Shown here piece by piece: positions 19,734 through 29,775 of a DNA stretch of 64,000 nucleotides. The notes under the pieces were generated by a model. The model worked only from the letters and a program-made list of their open reading frames with translations. It did not search any database and had not been told where the DNA came from. Within the stretch, counting starts at the first letter, position 1, and each line of letters begins with the position of its first letter. The stretch lies in sequence record PQ471515.1; one strand, 5' to 3'. Position numbers and translations under genes: made by a program.

Positions 19734-20129
19734 ATGATACATACATTTCACATTGATGACAAAATGCTTGTTATATTGGGTAGCTGTCATATGTATCAAC
19801 GATGGGGTATGCGTATGCTATCCTCTTGTGACAAAACCCAATACTACAATCCAGATGGTACTGGTACTGTGATGAAAGATAGATATCACTTCACCCGTGA
19901 TGTAAAACAAGCAGACGATTTAGATTCATTTGTGGGAAAGGTGTATGTTCTTGTTCATGATGATAGTCGTGGTGATGTGTTGCCATTCAGTACTTTATCA
20001 ATTAATATGTTCTTTAGATACGAACAATTTTCAAATTCACTAAGAATGATTGAGATTGATTTTGATGACATTCCAGTTGGTACACGCTATGAATTTCTAT
20101 ACGCTCTTACATCAATAGGGGTGTACTGA
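19734..20129 (+). CDS. Hypothetical protein
   Basis: GAGG upstream. Confidence 0.7.
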   Translation: MIHTFHIDDKMLVILGSCHMYQRWGMRMLSSCDKTQYYNPDGTGTVMKDRYHFTRDVKQADDLDSFVGKVYVLVHDDSRGDVLPFSTLSINMFFRYEQFSNSLRMIEIDFDDIPVGTRYEFLYALTSIGVY

Positions 20130-20512
20130 TGGAAAATATCGTTGTGTATGTAATTGAGTACAATGATGAAATAAAGTACGTAATTAATGCGTATACACAT
20201 TACTCCAGTGCAGCCAGAAAGCTGGAAATATATTCAAAAGAAGCAAGAAACTACTGCTTAGATGATGATTCAGTTGAGGTTTGGATTGATGGATTTGCAG
20301 AGTACTTTGATGCTGACTTCTATGAAGATCTTGACAAATCAAATGACTTATACATTTATGTAGAAAATGAACGTTATTACACAAATTCTTTGTTTGACAT
20401 TACCGACTCTACGGTGTATGATAATGCTATGGTTAAGTTGTTAAAGATTGACCACGATATGTTTAATAAACATACAATTTGCGGTTTACTAGATTTTTTA
20501 AGAAACTTGTAG
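20129..20512 (+). CDS. Hypothetical protein
   Basis: TGATG overlap with the upstream gene. Confidence 0.7.
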   Translation: MENIVVYVIEYNDEIKYVINAYTHYSSAARKLEIYSKEARNYCLDDDSVEVWIDGFAEYFDADFYEDLDKSNDLYIYVENERYYTNSLFDITDSTVYDNAMVKLLKIDHDMFNKHTICGLLDFLRNL

Positions 20513-20537
20513 ACAAATACGAACACTGTGATATAAT
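20510..20537 (+). promoter_or_regulatory. Promoter TAGACA-N16-TATAAT with TG extended -10
   Basis: Upstream of clpP; conserved promoter family. Confidence 0.7.
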
Positions 20538-20571
20538 ACTCACATCAATGAAACAATAGAGGAAAATAACA

Positions 20572-21267
20572 ATGGTTGAACAATTCAATTTTGGTGGTTA
20601 TGCTGGTGGTGAAGTTCGCAACATTTCTATTCCTTATGTAGTTGAAAAAGTTAATGGTGCAGAACGTACTTATGACCTAGCATCTCGTATGATGCAAGAC
20701 CGTATCATTTTCCTTGATACTGACTTCAATGACCAAATGGCACATATCATCAAGCAACAATTGGTGTGGTTGGATTCTCAGGGTTCGGAACCAATTACCT
20801 TCTACATTAGTTCTCCTGGTGGTTCAGTACACGCAGGTTTGGGTATCGCTGACATTGCTAAGTCTTGTGTATCTCCTATCCGTACAGTAGTAATGGGTTA
20901 TGCAGCATCAATGGGTTGCTATACTCAATCAGTTGTTGGTACTAAAGGTTTCCGTCTAGGTGGTAAGCGTTCTTACTTCATGTGCCACCAAGTAAGTTCC
21001 GGTACTCAGGGTCTGATTACCGATCAGAAGATTTCTTTGAAACACTCTGATGCATTGAACACACTATTGACGAAAGAAATTGCTGAAGCAGTTGGTGTAT
21101 CACACGAACAACTACTGAAAGATGCGGATCGTGACCTGTGGTTGAACGCTGAAGAAGCACTCGAATACGGTGAACATGGTTTCATTGATGGTATCATCCT
21201 CGGACCACGCAACGAAGAAGGTAAGTATCTCGTCAAACGTCGCGGTGGCGTTGAAGAGTGGGTCTAA
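20572..21267 (+). CDS. clpP: ClpP-like serine protease subunit
   Basis: RMMQDRIIFL, SPGGSV, AASMG (Ser), MCHQ (His) and DRDLWLNAEEA (Asp). Confidence 0.92.
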   Translation: MVEQFNFGGYAGGEVRNISIPYVVEKVNGAERTYDLASRMMQDRIIFLDTDFNDQMAHIIKQQLVWLDSQGSEPITFYISSPGGSVHAGLGIADIAKSCVSPIRTVVMGYAASMGCYTQSVVGTKGFRLGGKRSYFMCHQVSSGTQGLITDQKISLKHSDALNTLLTKEIAEAVGVSHEQLLKDADRDLWLNAEEALEYGEHGFIDGIILGPRNEEGKYLVKRRGGVEEWV

Positions 21268-21318
21268 TTTGAATTTCATTTGATGCCTCATTTGGGGCAT
21301 CTTATTTCTGGAGATTAT

Positions 21319-21609
21319 ATGAAAGTTCTTGTACGTAATAATACTGAAGTCAATGATGTGTTAGATGATTCAGAGTTTATTAATACCGCATTAGATCAGA
21401 TTAGTGCAGTGGCTATTGAATTGAAAGGTGTTGACGAGGCAGAGCGAGTACTCAATGGTTTTTCTATTGTTCTCGAATTAATGCAAGAAGTTCTTATTAA
21501 AAAGAACATTAATCCAATTAACGCAGTTCAACACGCAGAAGCTATGCGTCAAGAACACGGCACATTCTCAGATAAAAAATTCATCAGTACTGACGAGGGG
21601 AAAGAATAA
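21319..21609 (+). CDS. Hypothetical protein
   Basis: ORF track 21280..21609; ATG 21319 after GGAG. Confidence 0.7.
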   Translation: MKVLVRNNTEVNDVLDDSEFINTALDQISAVAIELKGVDEAERVLNGFSIVLELMQEVLIKKNINPINAVQHAEAMRQEHGTFSDKKFISTDEGKE

Positions 21610-21610
21610 T

Positions 21611-22057
21611 ATGTCTAATGCACAATACAAAGAAGGTTCTGCCGCGTTTAAAAACAAAGTAGTTTTTAACAATGAACAGCTAAAATCACAGCACCCACTA
21701 TTCCGTCAAGGTTATCGTGCTGCACAAGCTGAAGCTATGAAGAAAAACAACGTAACATTCCCAACAACTCTGTATGATATTCCTAAACGTCCATCAGTGT
21801 TTAAAGCAGAATGGACTGACATTATGGCAGCAACTAAACGTCCTCGTTTTGCTAAACTTCACACTGATGAAGGTCGCTGGATGTTGATGGGTATTATGAA
21901 AGCAGTTGAGAAACAGGCACATACTATTGTTCGTTACAAAGACGTTGTAGCTATGGTTGATAAAGCATTTGATCTTATTCTCCAGTACGGTTATGATGAA
22001 GGTGTACTAACTGTTTCCGATTGTGAGCAGTACCAGTACACTCCATTCCAGAAATAA
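21611..22057 (+). CDS. Hypothetical protein
   Basis: Packed ORF followed by a hairpin at ~22065-22088. Confidence 0.75.
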   Translation: MSNAQYKEGSAAFKNKVVFNNEQLKSQHPLFRQGYRAAQAEAMKKNNVTFPTTLYDIPKRPSVFKAEWTDIMAATKRPRFAKLHTDEGRWMLMGIMKAVEKQAHTIVRYKDVVAMVDKAFDLILQYGYDEGVLTVSDCEQYQYTPFQK

Positions 22058-22176
22058 TTACTTAGGGAATCTTTCATGATTCCCATTTTATTTGCTGCAT
22101 ATCAAAAAATATTGATCAAAAATTGATCCATACAAGGTAAATACCCAAGGTGTAATTGTTAATAGGGTAGGTGGAT

Positions 22177-22695
22177 ATGCAGCAATATAAATTATCTGAA
22201 GATCAAAGTGATGTATTTTTCAATCACATGTTTTTAATTGATGAATTTGCCGAAAGTTTAAATTCAGAGGCAATAGCTATAGTTAAAAAGTGGTATTCTT
22301 GCTATAACAAGAACAAAAAATGGTATTGGTTGAATAGAAATTTAAAATCATTTCTAGGAACAATAACTAGTACTGATAGTATTGAACTAATATATAGTTC
22401 CATTGGCTATAGTTACTTAACCAAGCATAATAATACGTCAATAGAGTCTGGCTTTAAAATCAAGCGTCTAATGAAATTGACGGGATTGAGTGCAGAAACT
22501 ATACAAAACGATACAGAAAAGTTATGGAAGATTATAGAATTCATGAATAAAAATATGTCATTTATATATAGAAACTATGATATATTCACTGATGTACGAC
22601 AATTTTATAAGAGTCCATATTCACTTAATGAGAAATATTTCCGACACATGGAATTATGCTCAACTATGGTTGATGAATGGAATTTAGAGGATTAA
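22177..22695 (+). CDS. Hypothetical protein
   Basis: ORF track 22171..22695. Confidence 0.7.
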   Translation: MQQYKLSEDQSDVFFNHMFLIDEFAESLNSEAIAIVKKWYSCYNKNKKWYWLNRNLKSFLGTITSTDSIELIYSSIGYSYLTKHNNTSIESGFKIKRLMKLTGLSAETIQNDTEKLWKIIEFMNKNMSFIYRNYDIFTDVRQFYKSPYSLNEKYFRHMELCSTMVDEWNLED

Positions 22696-22696
22696 T

Positions 22697-23224
22697 ATGA
22701 AATACACTGCTCTTAGCCCAACTGATACTAAAGTATGGTTGAGTAATTTGAACAAAACTATTATTTTAACCAAAAAAGTGATATCAACAGCTAATTCATT
22801 AGATGTAAATATCAAGAAGAATGTTCTTAAATATCATCACCGAAGTAAACTTAGTACTTGGTACTCCAATATTTTTTACGGCTTATATGGGATGGATGAT
22901 ATTTTAATTGGTACATCATCTGGGTCATGCTTCAGTGCTGGTGGTATGTGCTTTATGGATTTGGGTTTTTCATTATCCGATGAAGAAATCGAGTTTAAAC
23001 AATTCCGTGACAAGTTACTGGGTTCGGGTGATATCAAGTTCTGTACAGAATTAATGGGAGCATGGGACGTTTATGCAGCGAAACCATTTGACATTGAAGA
23101 ATCAGATGTGCTAAACTACCTTCGTGTTCTTAAAATACATTCGAACTGTAAAACCAAATTACAATCCCTAGGAGTATATGATGAAACACTTGACGTGGTT
23201 GAAGATAGCCGAAGTCGTGGCTGA
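22697..23224 (+). CDS. Hypothetical protein
   Basis: GAGG upstream. Confidence 0.7.
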   Translation: MKYTALSPTDTKVWLSNLNKTIILTKKVISTANSLDVNIKKNVLKYHHRSKLSTWYSNIFYGLYGMDDILIGTSSGSCFSAGGMCFMDLGFSLSDEEIEFKQFRDKLLGSGDIKFCTELMGAWDVYAAKPFDIEESDVLNYLRVLKIHSNCKTKLQSLGVYDETLDVVEDSRSRG

Positions 23225-23660
23225 AGAGAGTAAATGCATTTCACAGAAAGTTGGTTGTGTTATTGTTAAAAATAACCGAGTATTGAGTACTGGTTATAAT
23301 GGTACTCCATCTAAGCAACCGAACTGCTGTGACGCTAATGTGCACTTAGTTAATGGTGGACGTTTCCAAGACTGGGTTAGCGATGACGCAAAGCATGAAC
23401 ACCACGAATGGAGTAATATCCATGAAATCCATGCTGAAATGAATGCATTGTTATACAGTTCACCTACCGAACGTCAGGGTGCAACACTTTACACAACGCT
23501 ACAACCATGCTATACTTGTTCTAAGTTGATCGCGGGAAGTGGTATTGCTCGCGTGATTTATCACAAAAGTTATCCTCGCACTCCACCAGAAGCTATTAAA
23601 GTACTGGAAGATGCTGGGATTATTGTAAATTGCATTTATGATAAGGGGTTGGGACTTTGA
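23178..23660 (+). CDS. cd: dCMP deaminase
   Basis: VGCVIV, TGYNGTP, HAEMNA and PCYTC zinc-deaminase motifs. Confidence 0.9.
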   Translation: MMKHLTWLKIAEVVAEESKCISQKVGCVIVKNNRVLSTGYNGTPSKQPNCCDANVHLVNGGRFQDWVSDDAKHEHHEWSNIHEIHAEMNALLYSSPTERQGATLYTTLQPCYTCSKLIAGSGIARVIYHKSYPRTPPEAIKVLEDAGIIVNCIYDKGLGL

Positions 23661-23917
23661 CTTTCTTGATTTTAGGTATTCCATTTGCAGTTGTGATCCT
23701 TGTACTTTTAGTGATGATGGTATTAAATGATAATACTACTCCACCAGTGATGCGTAATCATGAAGTACGATTTTCAGCACAAAACAACAAGTACTACATT
23801 GTAAATTGTTTAACTTGTAAAGAGTATAAAGTAACTGGTAAATTTGGTTTTACCATTTATTATAAAGACCGTGTTGAAGCTGACATGATTTGTCAGAAAC
23901 TTAATACGGTAGAATAA
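23657..23917 (+). CDS. Small membrane-anchored protein
   Basis: N-terminal hydrophobic segment. Confidence 0.65.
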   Translation: MTFLILGIPFAVVILVLLVMMVLNDNTTPPVMRNHEVRFSAQNNKYYIVNCLTCKEYKVTGKFGFTIYYKDRVEADMICQKLNTVE

Positions 23918-23919
23918 AA

Positions 23920-23949
23920 AAAAGGAGCCTTATGGCTCCTTTTTCTTTT
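23920..23949 (+). terminator. Rho-independent terminator (possibly bidirectional)
   Basis: AAAAGGAGCC/GGCTCCTTTT flanked by A and T tracts. Confidence 0.85.
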
Positions 23950-24036
23950 GTTAGTACACAACTTGTTTGAATTTCAGGAAAACTCTTAGATCCAACAACG
24001 AGTTCAGTACTACCACGTTATTTGTTGACAAAAGCA

Positions 24037-24064
24037 TAGACATTATACATTAGTGTGATATAAT
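24037..24064 (+). promoter_or_regulatory. Promoter TAGACA-N16-TATAAT with TG extended -10
   Basis: Conserved promoter family. Confidence 0.65.
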
Positions 24065-24199
24065 CATTCAAAAGAAGGTAAAAAGGTGGGATGATTCTGC
24101 GAGGGAATTTGTGAAGTGATATAAAAAACAATTTGACTTAAGTTAAATCTTCCTATAATATTATTTATGTAATCAACAATCAACTAAGAGGGTTAACCA

Positions 24200-24808
24200 G
24201 TGGTACGATTATGTAAAGAAATCATCCAATCTATTATTATTATTTTCTTAATTAACTTTCCTGCAAGTGCAGGTGTTGAAAGAAAAAGTATCATTAGATA
24301 TGATGAATCTAAACAGACAGTTCAGTTCATTTCAACTTTAACTGAAAATACTGTAAACCGTTTGATGGTTTTTAGAGAAACACACCCATTTGACACTATC
24401 ATCATTACGTCACCTGGTGGTGATTTTGATGCGGGAGTGGCACTAGGAAATTTTGTCAATGATAACAATTTAACAATTATTGTTGAAAGATATTGTAATT
24501 CTTCTTGCACTATCGCATTCTTTAGTGCTAATATAGAAAACAGATACATGATGAAGGACTCAATTCTAGGTCTACATAATGTGTCAATCGAAAGTAAAGC
24601 ACGAAATAGTGATGACACATACATAACAGTTCGCCAAATGACTATTTTTGCAGAACAGCTATCAACTAAGGTTGGTGTTCTATTTGCGTTATATGCAGCG
24701 AATGGTATTCCTCCAGAATTGTTAGTGGAGGTTAGTAAGGTTCGTGGTAATGAAGTTGTGAGACTTACACCAGAGCAGTTGCTCGAATTAGGTAGTATCA
24801 TTCATTAG
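24200..24808 (+). CDS. Exported ClpP/crotonase-fold protein
   Basis: Signal-peptide-like N-terminus; ITSPGG, CNSSCTIAF and GLH motifs. Confidence 0.7.
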   Translation: MVRLCKEIIQSIIIIFLINFPASAGVERKSIIRYDESKQTVQFISTLTENTVNRLMVFRETHPFDTIIITSPGGDFDAGVALGNFVNDNNLTIIVERYCNSSCTIAFFSANIENRYMMKDSILGLHNVSIESKARNSDDTYITVRQMTIFAEQLSTKVGVLFALYAANGIPPELLVEVSKVRGNEVVRLTPEQLLELGSIIH

Positions 24809-24900
24809 TATTAGATACAAAATAATAATATTATAATAAGAGGATGATAAAGTGGTACATCCTTTGTTATAAGTTAACATACACTAGGAGTGTATAAACT

Positions 24901-25161
24901 ATGACAAATTTACAAAACTTAACATCTCTTGTTTTTTATGCAACAACTATTGTATATTGCATTACATTAGTTTTAACATGTTTCATCTATAAAGACTACA
25001 AACGTGGTTTTATGGATTCCAGTACACACAAATTTGCATCCAAGTTAGAAGCAGGAATTTACTATGTTCTATCAATTTCTTATGGAGCATGTTTACTTAC
25101 ACTAGGGTTGCTGATATACTGGTTGTATACGGCCCTTTTTGCACAAGGAGTTATTTCATGA
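24901..25161 (+). CDS. Small membrane protein
   Basis: Two hydrophobic segments; AGGAG upstream. Confidence 0.7.
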   Translation: MTNLQNLTSLVFYATTIVYCITLVLTCFIYKDYKRGFMDSSTHKFASKLEAGIYYVLSISYGACLLTLGLLIYWLYTALFAQGVIS

Positions 25162-25754
25162 CTTGTATTATCGCTCACACAAATGGCACATCTTCCTTCA
25201 TCGCTGGTGATAAATTAGGAAGCAATGGTTTCACTAAAGCAGTTCAAACTGAGCCTAAAGTATTTGAGAAAGAATTCATTAAAATCAATGATGATGCTGG
25301 TTTGACCCGTACAAAAGAAATTATGGCGTTAGGGTATACTACATCGTTCCGTATGGGTCAGTTGTTGAATTACAACCTAACTCTACCAGAACAAGTTGAA
25401 GGGGAAACCTTTTCACAGTATCTAGTACTGAAAGTTATTCCTATCATTCGTCAAATGTTTAAAGATGAATGGGGTGCTCGTGATGCATCACAAGATGTTG
25501 GTGGTGGTCAGTTCATTATTCTTCATAATCATACGATTTATGAAGTTCAAGAAGACTTTTCAGTACTGCAACCTAAAACACAAATTACTGCTGTCGGAAG
25601 TGGGACTTATCATGCAATTGCATCCATGTCAGCGTATATTGAAGTTCAAGAAGAAACCAATGTTCAGTTACATGAACGTGTTGAGTCTATTTTCAAAATT
25701 GTCAGTGATAATGTAACAAGTGTTAGTCCAGAGTTTGATATTTTGAAATACTGA
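25158..25754 (+). CDS. HslV/proteasome-beta-like Ntn protease
   Basis: Start MTCIIA puts Thr at position 2; AGDKLGS and AVGSG motifs; AAGGAG before ATG 25158. Confidence 0.75.
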   Translation: MTCIIAHTNGTSSFIAGDKLGSNGFTKAVQTEPKVFEKEFIKINDDAGLTRTKEIMALGYTTSFRMGQLLNYNLTLPEQVEGETFSQYLVLKVIPIIRQMFKDEWGARDASQDVGGGQFIILHNHTIYEVQEDFSVLQPKTQITAVGSGTYHAIASMSAYIEVQEETNVQLHERVESIFKIVSDNVTSVSPEFDILKY

Positions 25755-25785
25755 GAATAATAATTATAAAGAGAGAGTATATCTG

Positions 25786-25977
25786 ATGGCATACATAGTT
25801 TACGAGTGGATTTTTTGTTTCATAGTTGTGTTTATTTGTGTGGTGTTATACAATCATACTAAATGTTTATACCGAGAATTCAGGAATGGTAATAAACATG
25901 GACACAATAAGTGGATGTATGTCTATCATATTGCTATCATTGTATTTTTAGTATTAAACTTGATACTTTTTATATAA
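25786..25977 (+). CDS. Small membrane protein
   Basis: Two hydrophobic segments. Confidence 0.65.
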   Translation: MAYIVYEWIFCFIVVFICVVLYNHTKCLYREFRNGNKHGHNKWMYVYHIAIIVFLVLNLILFI

Positions 25978-25986
25978 GGAGTAAAT

Positions 25987-26739
25987 GTGATATCAGATAA
26001 ATTTATACAAAATGCTGGGAACAAAAGATTACTTATAATTTCAGGGGCAGGTCTTTCAGTTGAGAGCGGGATGGAACCATTCCGCTTTGATGATGGGTTG
26101 TGGGACAATTTCAAAATTAATGATGTTTGTAACATTGCACGACTTAGTTCTAAGTATCATGTAGTTCATTCATTTTATAATACATTGCGTGTAAAATTAG
26201 GTGAATGTCATCCTAATGAAATGCATTACTTTATTAAATCATTAGAAGATTTGTATGGTGATTGTTTTTTACACATGACTTCTAATATGGATGATCTATA
26301 TACTAGAATTGGTGGAACCGAACTCAAACTACACGGCAATTTATGTGAAGTAATTGAGAACTTTTCTATTAATACTGATGATTACAATGTCATTAATTGT
26401 GGTTATGAACCATATATCCCTAAAGCTGATGTTTTTGCAAAACCAAATGTAGTGATGATTGGTGAGTATCATCGCTACGTTGATGGGGTACGTCTCCCCA
26501 TTTATGAAGAACGAAATGAAGTGTTGAAAAGTCTCACAGAAAATGATACAGTTGTAGTTATTGGAAGTAGTGATACAGTACTGGTATGGTCCAGACTAGC
26601 TGGTGCACTTCCATGCTATAGTGTAAATGTTAACATCCGAAAAAATGATAATGATTTTCTTTTTAATGAGAAGGTCATCAAACCTGCGACGAAAGCAATT
26701 CCACAGGTTGAAACTATAATTAAGGAACGAATGCGATGA
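25987..26739 (+). CDS. Sir2/CobB-family NAD-dependent deacylase
   Basis: SGAGLSVESG, TSNMDDL, LHGN, KPNVVMIGE, IGSS and VNVN. Confidence 0.88.
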   Translation: MISDKFIQNAGNKRLLIISGAGLSVESGMEPFRFDDGLWDNFKINDVCNIARLSSKYHVVHSFYNTLRVKLGECHPNEMHYFIKSLEDLYGDCFLHMTSNMDDLYTRIGGTELKLHGNLCEVIENFSINTDDYNVINCGYEPYIPKADVFAKPNVVMIGEYHRYVDGVRLPIYEERNEVLKSLTENDTVVVIGSSDTVLVWSRLAGALPCYSVNVNIRKNDNDFLFNEKVIKPATKAIPQVETIIKERMR

Positions 26740-27287
26740 GTAAAGCGGAAGTACCACTGGGGCAACTGGGGAAACGTGCAAATTTTGTATTCTGTTTCTT
26801 TTATGCAAAAGAATGTACCCCATACTCTGGTTATGAACTAAATGATATTCCAGTGGTTAACTTAGTACTCCTACAAGTGCGTTGGGATGGATTGTTGGGT
26901 GCATGTGGTGGAACAGTTGAAAGTACTGATAAGTCATTAGAAGATGCGTTACAGCGTGAAGTTCAAGAAGAAATGAACTATATCATTGACAAAAGTCGCC
27001 TGTCTCCATTAAAATCACTTGAATTGTTTCCAGAGGGTCACTCACATAGCTATAGTTATGAAATGACTTATGCTGAACTTAAAAAACTTCGTGATAATTA
27101 TGCATATGGCAAACATGCTAGTGCAGAGGTGGCTGGCGTAAATTTATGTCACATCTCTCGTTATTCGAAGGGACAAAATCGAGAAGCAGGATATAATAAT
27201 CTTATGACACAGAACTTCATCGGAACTGCGAAACAAGAATTAGAGTATCTTGTACAAAAAGAAAACTTACTAATCAGCTATCTATAG
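26736..27287 (+). CDS. Nudix hydrolase, NUDT16-like
   Basis: LLQVRWDGLLGACGG followed by the Nudix box ALQREVQEEM. Confidence 0.8.
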   Translation: MSKAEVPLGQLGKRANFVFCFFYAKECTPYSGYELNDIPVVNLVLLQVRWDGLLGACGGTVESTDKSLEDALQREVQEEMNYIIDKSRLSPLKSLELFPEGHSHSYSYEMTYAELKKLRDNYAYGKHASAEVAGVNLCHISRYSKGQNREAGYNNLMTQNFIGTAKQELEYLVQKENLLISYL

Positions 27288-27296
27288 GAGTTTAAA

Positions 27297-27617
27297 ATGT
27301 CGTACTCAATGTTCTTGGATGATATTCGTGATTATCAAAAATATTATCCTGACCAAGAGATGGTATTGTGTCGTGACTACGAAAGTGCATGTGAATACGT
27401 AATCAAAAATGGAATTCCAGCATTTGTCTCATTTGACCATGACTTGGGTGACTTGAGTACAGATGAGAAAACGGGATACACTTTTGCCAAATTTCTAATT
27501 GATTATATGTTTGAGCATAATATTAAAGAACCATTTAAATACTATGTACATAGTAGTAATCCAGTAGGGAAAGTTAATATTGAAACTTACTTAACTAATG
27601 GATTTAATGCACTATGA
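27297..27617 (+). CDS. Cyclic-phosphate-processing receiver-like domain protein
   Basis: MFLDDIR, SFDHDLG and VHSSNPVG. Confidence 0.75.
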   Translation: MSYSMFLDDIRDYQKYYPDQEMVLCRDYESACEYVIKNGIPAFVSFDHDLGDLSTDEKTGYTFAKFLIDYMFEHNIKEPFKYYVHSSNPVGKVNIETYLTNGFNAL

Positions 27618-27916
27618 TTTCAACACATATCAAGAGTCTTATTTGCACAACACTGTTAGGTATAGGTGTTCTATGGTTCAGTTCATATCATGAGAACACT
27701 AAACGTTACAATATTCATTACAATACAGCGACTGTAACAGGATTAGGTCAATGTAATGAAAATAAATGCTCATTTACTTATAAAACCAGTACTGGTGAAG
27801 TTCGTAATGGGTTATCAAGAGAACCAGTATCAATTGGTCAACTAGTTTACCAAGAATGCTGGGAGGAAAAGGCTCGTGGTTCAAGATGTTATGTTGAATA
27901 CGAACCGAGCATGTAA
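27614..27916 (+). CDS. Membrane-anchored hypothetical protein
   Basis: N-terminal hydrophobic helix. Confidence 0.65.
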   Translation: MISTHIKSLICTTLLGIGVLWFSSYHENTKRYNIHYNTATVTGLGQCNENKCSFTYKTSTGEVRNGLSREPVSIGQLVYQECWEEKARGSRCYVEYEPSM

Positions 27917-27977
27917 TATTCCGAGTCACTAACCATTAGTCGAGTACAAGGATGTACTCATAACTCAAGGATGTTTT

Positions 27978-29417
27978 ATGAAAAAATATACAATTGACAC
28001 AAACGTACTACTATCTGATCCAAATGCTACCATTGCTTTTGATGGAGCAGCTATCATTCTACCGTTCACAGTACTTGAAGAATTGGATTCAATCAAAAGT
28101 CGTAATGTGGATGTTTCCCGTGATGCTCGTGTTGCAATCCGTAACATTGAAGCTATCCTTTCTGATGCATCACATGAAGAAATTAGTAGTACTGGTGTTA
28201 ATATTGCTGATGTTCATACTAATATGAGTCCTGAAAGCAAATTGTTTGTTATTACAAGCGAAGAAGCTGAAGCACTAATTCGTACTGCTGGTAACGAAGA
28301 GAAAGTTCAAACTCTTCTAAAAAGCACAGTACCAGATGATAAAATCATTTTAGTAGCATTAGCAACTGATTCAGTACTGGTTACCCGTGATATCAATATG
28401 CGTATCAAGGCTCTAAGCTACGGGGTGGAAGTTCAAGATTACCGTCATGATATCGTGATTGGTGATAGTGATTTGATTCACATTGGTCAACATCACCTTG
28501 ACCTACATTTCTGGGATGTGTATAGTAATCTGACTGATGTATCTATTCAGTCTGAACAAGTTGGTCGTCGTTTATACCACTACATTCCAAAAAGCTTGAT
28601 TGAACATATCATGCCACAAAATATTTGCATCGGTGATTACCTATATGATAATGCTGATGTTCTATTTGTGTACGAAGGCCAATCTGCAATTGAAGAAGAT
28701 GATGGTACTTTAACACCAGAAGATATTCTTGTATTCCAAGATATTGGACAATCTGTTGCTCTACGTGCTAAAGTGTGGGATATTAAGGCTAAGAATATTC
28801 AACAAGCACTAGCAATCAACAGTATCCTAGATCCTGATGTTCATCTAACAGTACTGTTAGGTTCAGCAGGTACTGGTAAAACACTAATCACCATTGCAAC
28901 TGCACTAGAGTTAGTTCTAGAGAAGAAAAAATACGACCGTATCATCTTCTCCAAAACACAAGATTCCCAATTCGAAGACATTGGTTTCTTGCCTGGTTCT
29001 GAAGCAGAGAAAGTGATTCCTTTCTGTGGTGCGGCAATCGATGCGTTGGAATTCCTACACAAAGATGATGCTAACCCACAAGGCAGTATCGAAGAAATCA
29101 TGAAACGCAATGTTATCCAATTCAAAGCACTAAACTTCGTTCGTGGTCGTTCTTTCACAAATACTATCCTAGTAGTTGATGAATTCCAGAACATCACACC
29201 TGCTCAGGCAAAAACAATCTTGACTCGTGCAGGGATGAACTGTAAAGTGGTTATTATGGGCAACTTGAGCCAGATTGACTCTAAATTCATTAGTCCAGTA
29301 AACAGCGGCCTAACTTATGTTACCGAGAAGTTCAAGAACTGGGACGGCTGTCGTGTAATCGAACTAGAAGGTGTCGTTCGTTCACCACTAGCAGAATTTG
29401 CAGAAGAAAATATGTAA
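27978..29417 (+). CDS. phoH: PhoH-family ATPase with an N-terminal PIN domain
   Basis: IDTNVLL, LVTRDINMRIKA, GSAGTGKT, RGRSF, VDEFQN and RSPLAE. Confidence 0.93.
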   Translation: MKKYTIDTNVLLSDPNATIAFDGAAIILPFTVLEELDSIKSRNVDVSRDARVAIRNIEAILSDASHEEISSTGVNIADVHTNMSPESKLFVITSEEAEALIRTAGNEEKVQTLLKSTVPDDKIILVALATDSVLVTRDINMRIKALSYGVEVQDYRHDIVIGDSDLIHIGQHHLDLHFWDVYSNLTDVSIQSEQVGRRLYHYIPKSLIEHIMPQNICIGDYLYDNADVLFVYEGQSAIEEDDGTLTPEDILVFQDIGQSVALRAKVWDIKAKNIQQALAINSILDPDVHLTVLLGSAGTGKTLITIATALELVLEKKKYDRIIFSKTQDSQFEDIGFLPGSEAEKVIPFCGAAIDALEFLHKDDANPQGSIEEIMKRNVIQFKALNFVRGRSFTNTILVVDEFQNITPAQAKTILTRAGMNCKVVIMGNLSQIDSKFISPVNSGLTYVTEKFKNWDGCRVIELEGVVRSPLAEFAEENM

Positions 29418-29425
29418 TAATGTGT

Positions 29426-29453
29426 GGGACATTCGTCCCATACATGATATAAT
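29426..29453 (+). promoter_or_regulatory. Promoter GGGACA-N16-TATAAT with TG extended -10
   Basis: Conserved promoter family; the -35 overlaps the hairpin TGGGAC/GTCCCA. Confidence 0.65.
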
Positions 29454-29483
29454 AATATTGTTAACAACAAAGGAGAAATACTC

Positions 29484-29681
29484 ATGGCAAAGCAACCTAA
29501 GAAAAAAGAACCAGTAGCAAAAGTTAAGAAAGTTAAAGTTATTCAATCTAAAGAACAACGTAATTACGAACTACGTAAAGCAGAAACCCTATCAGGTCTT
29601 CAAGCTCTACGTAAACAAGGTGTTCTAACTCGTGCTCAATACCGTGAGATAGTAGCACAAAAAGGTTATTGGTCCATTTGA
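29484..29681 (+). CDS. Small basic protein
   Basis: AAGGAG upstream. Confidence 0.75.
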   Translation: MAKQPKKKEPVAKVKKVKVIQSKEQRNYELRKAETLSGLQALRKQGVLTRAQYREIVAQKGYWSI

Positions 29682-29775
29682 AGCAATAAACTGGAGTTCA
29701 TGATAAATACTTTCATAAGAATAATAATACTTTTTATTAATTTAAAAAGAACTCCATGTGTTATTTCAGTTTTTC

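Noticed and set aside
22099-22130. ATCAA/TTGAT repeats upstream of ORF 22177 as a second FNR site
   Set aside because: The half-sites do not have the TTGAT-N4-ATCAA orientation and spacing.
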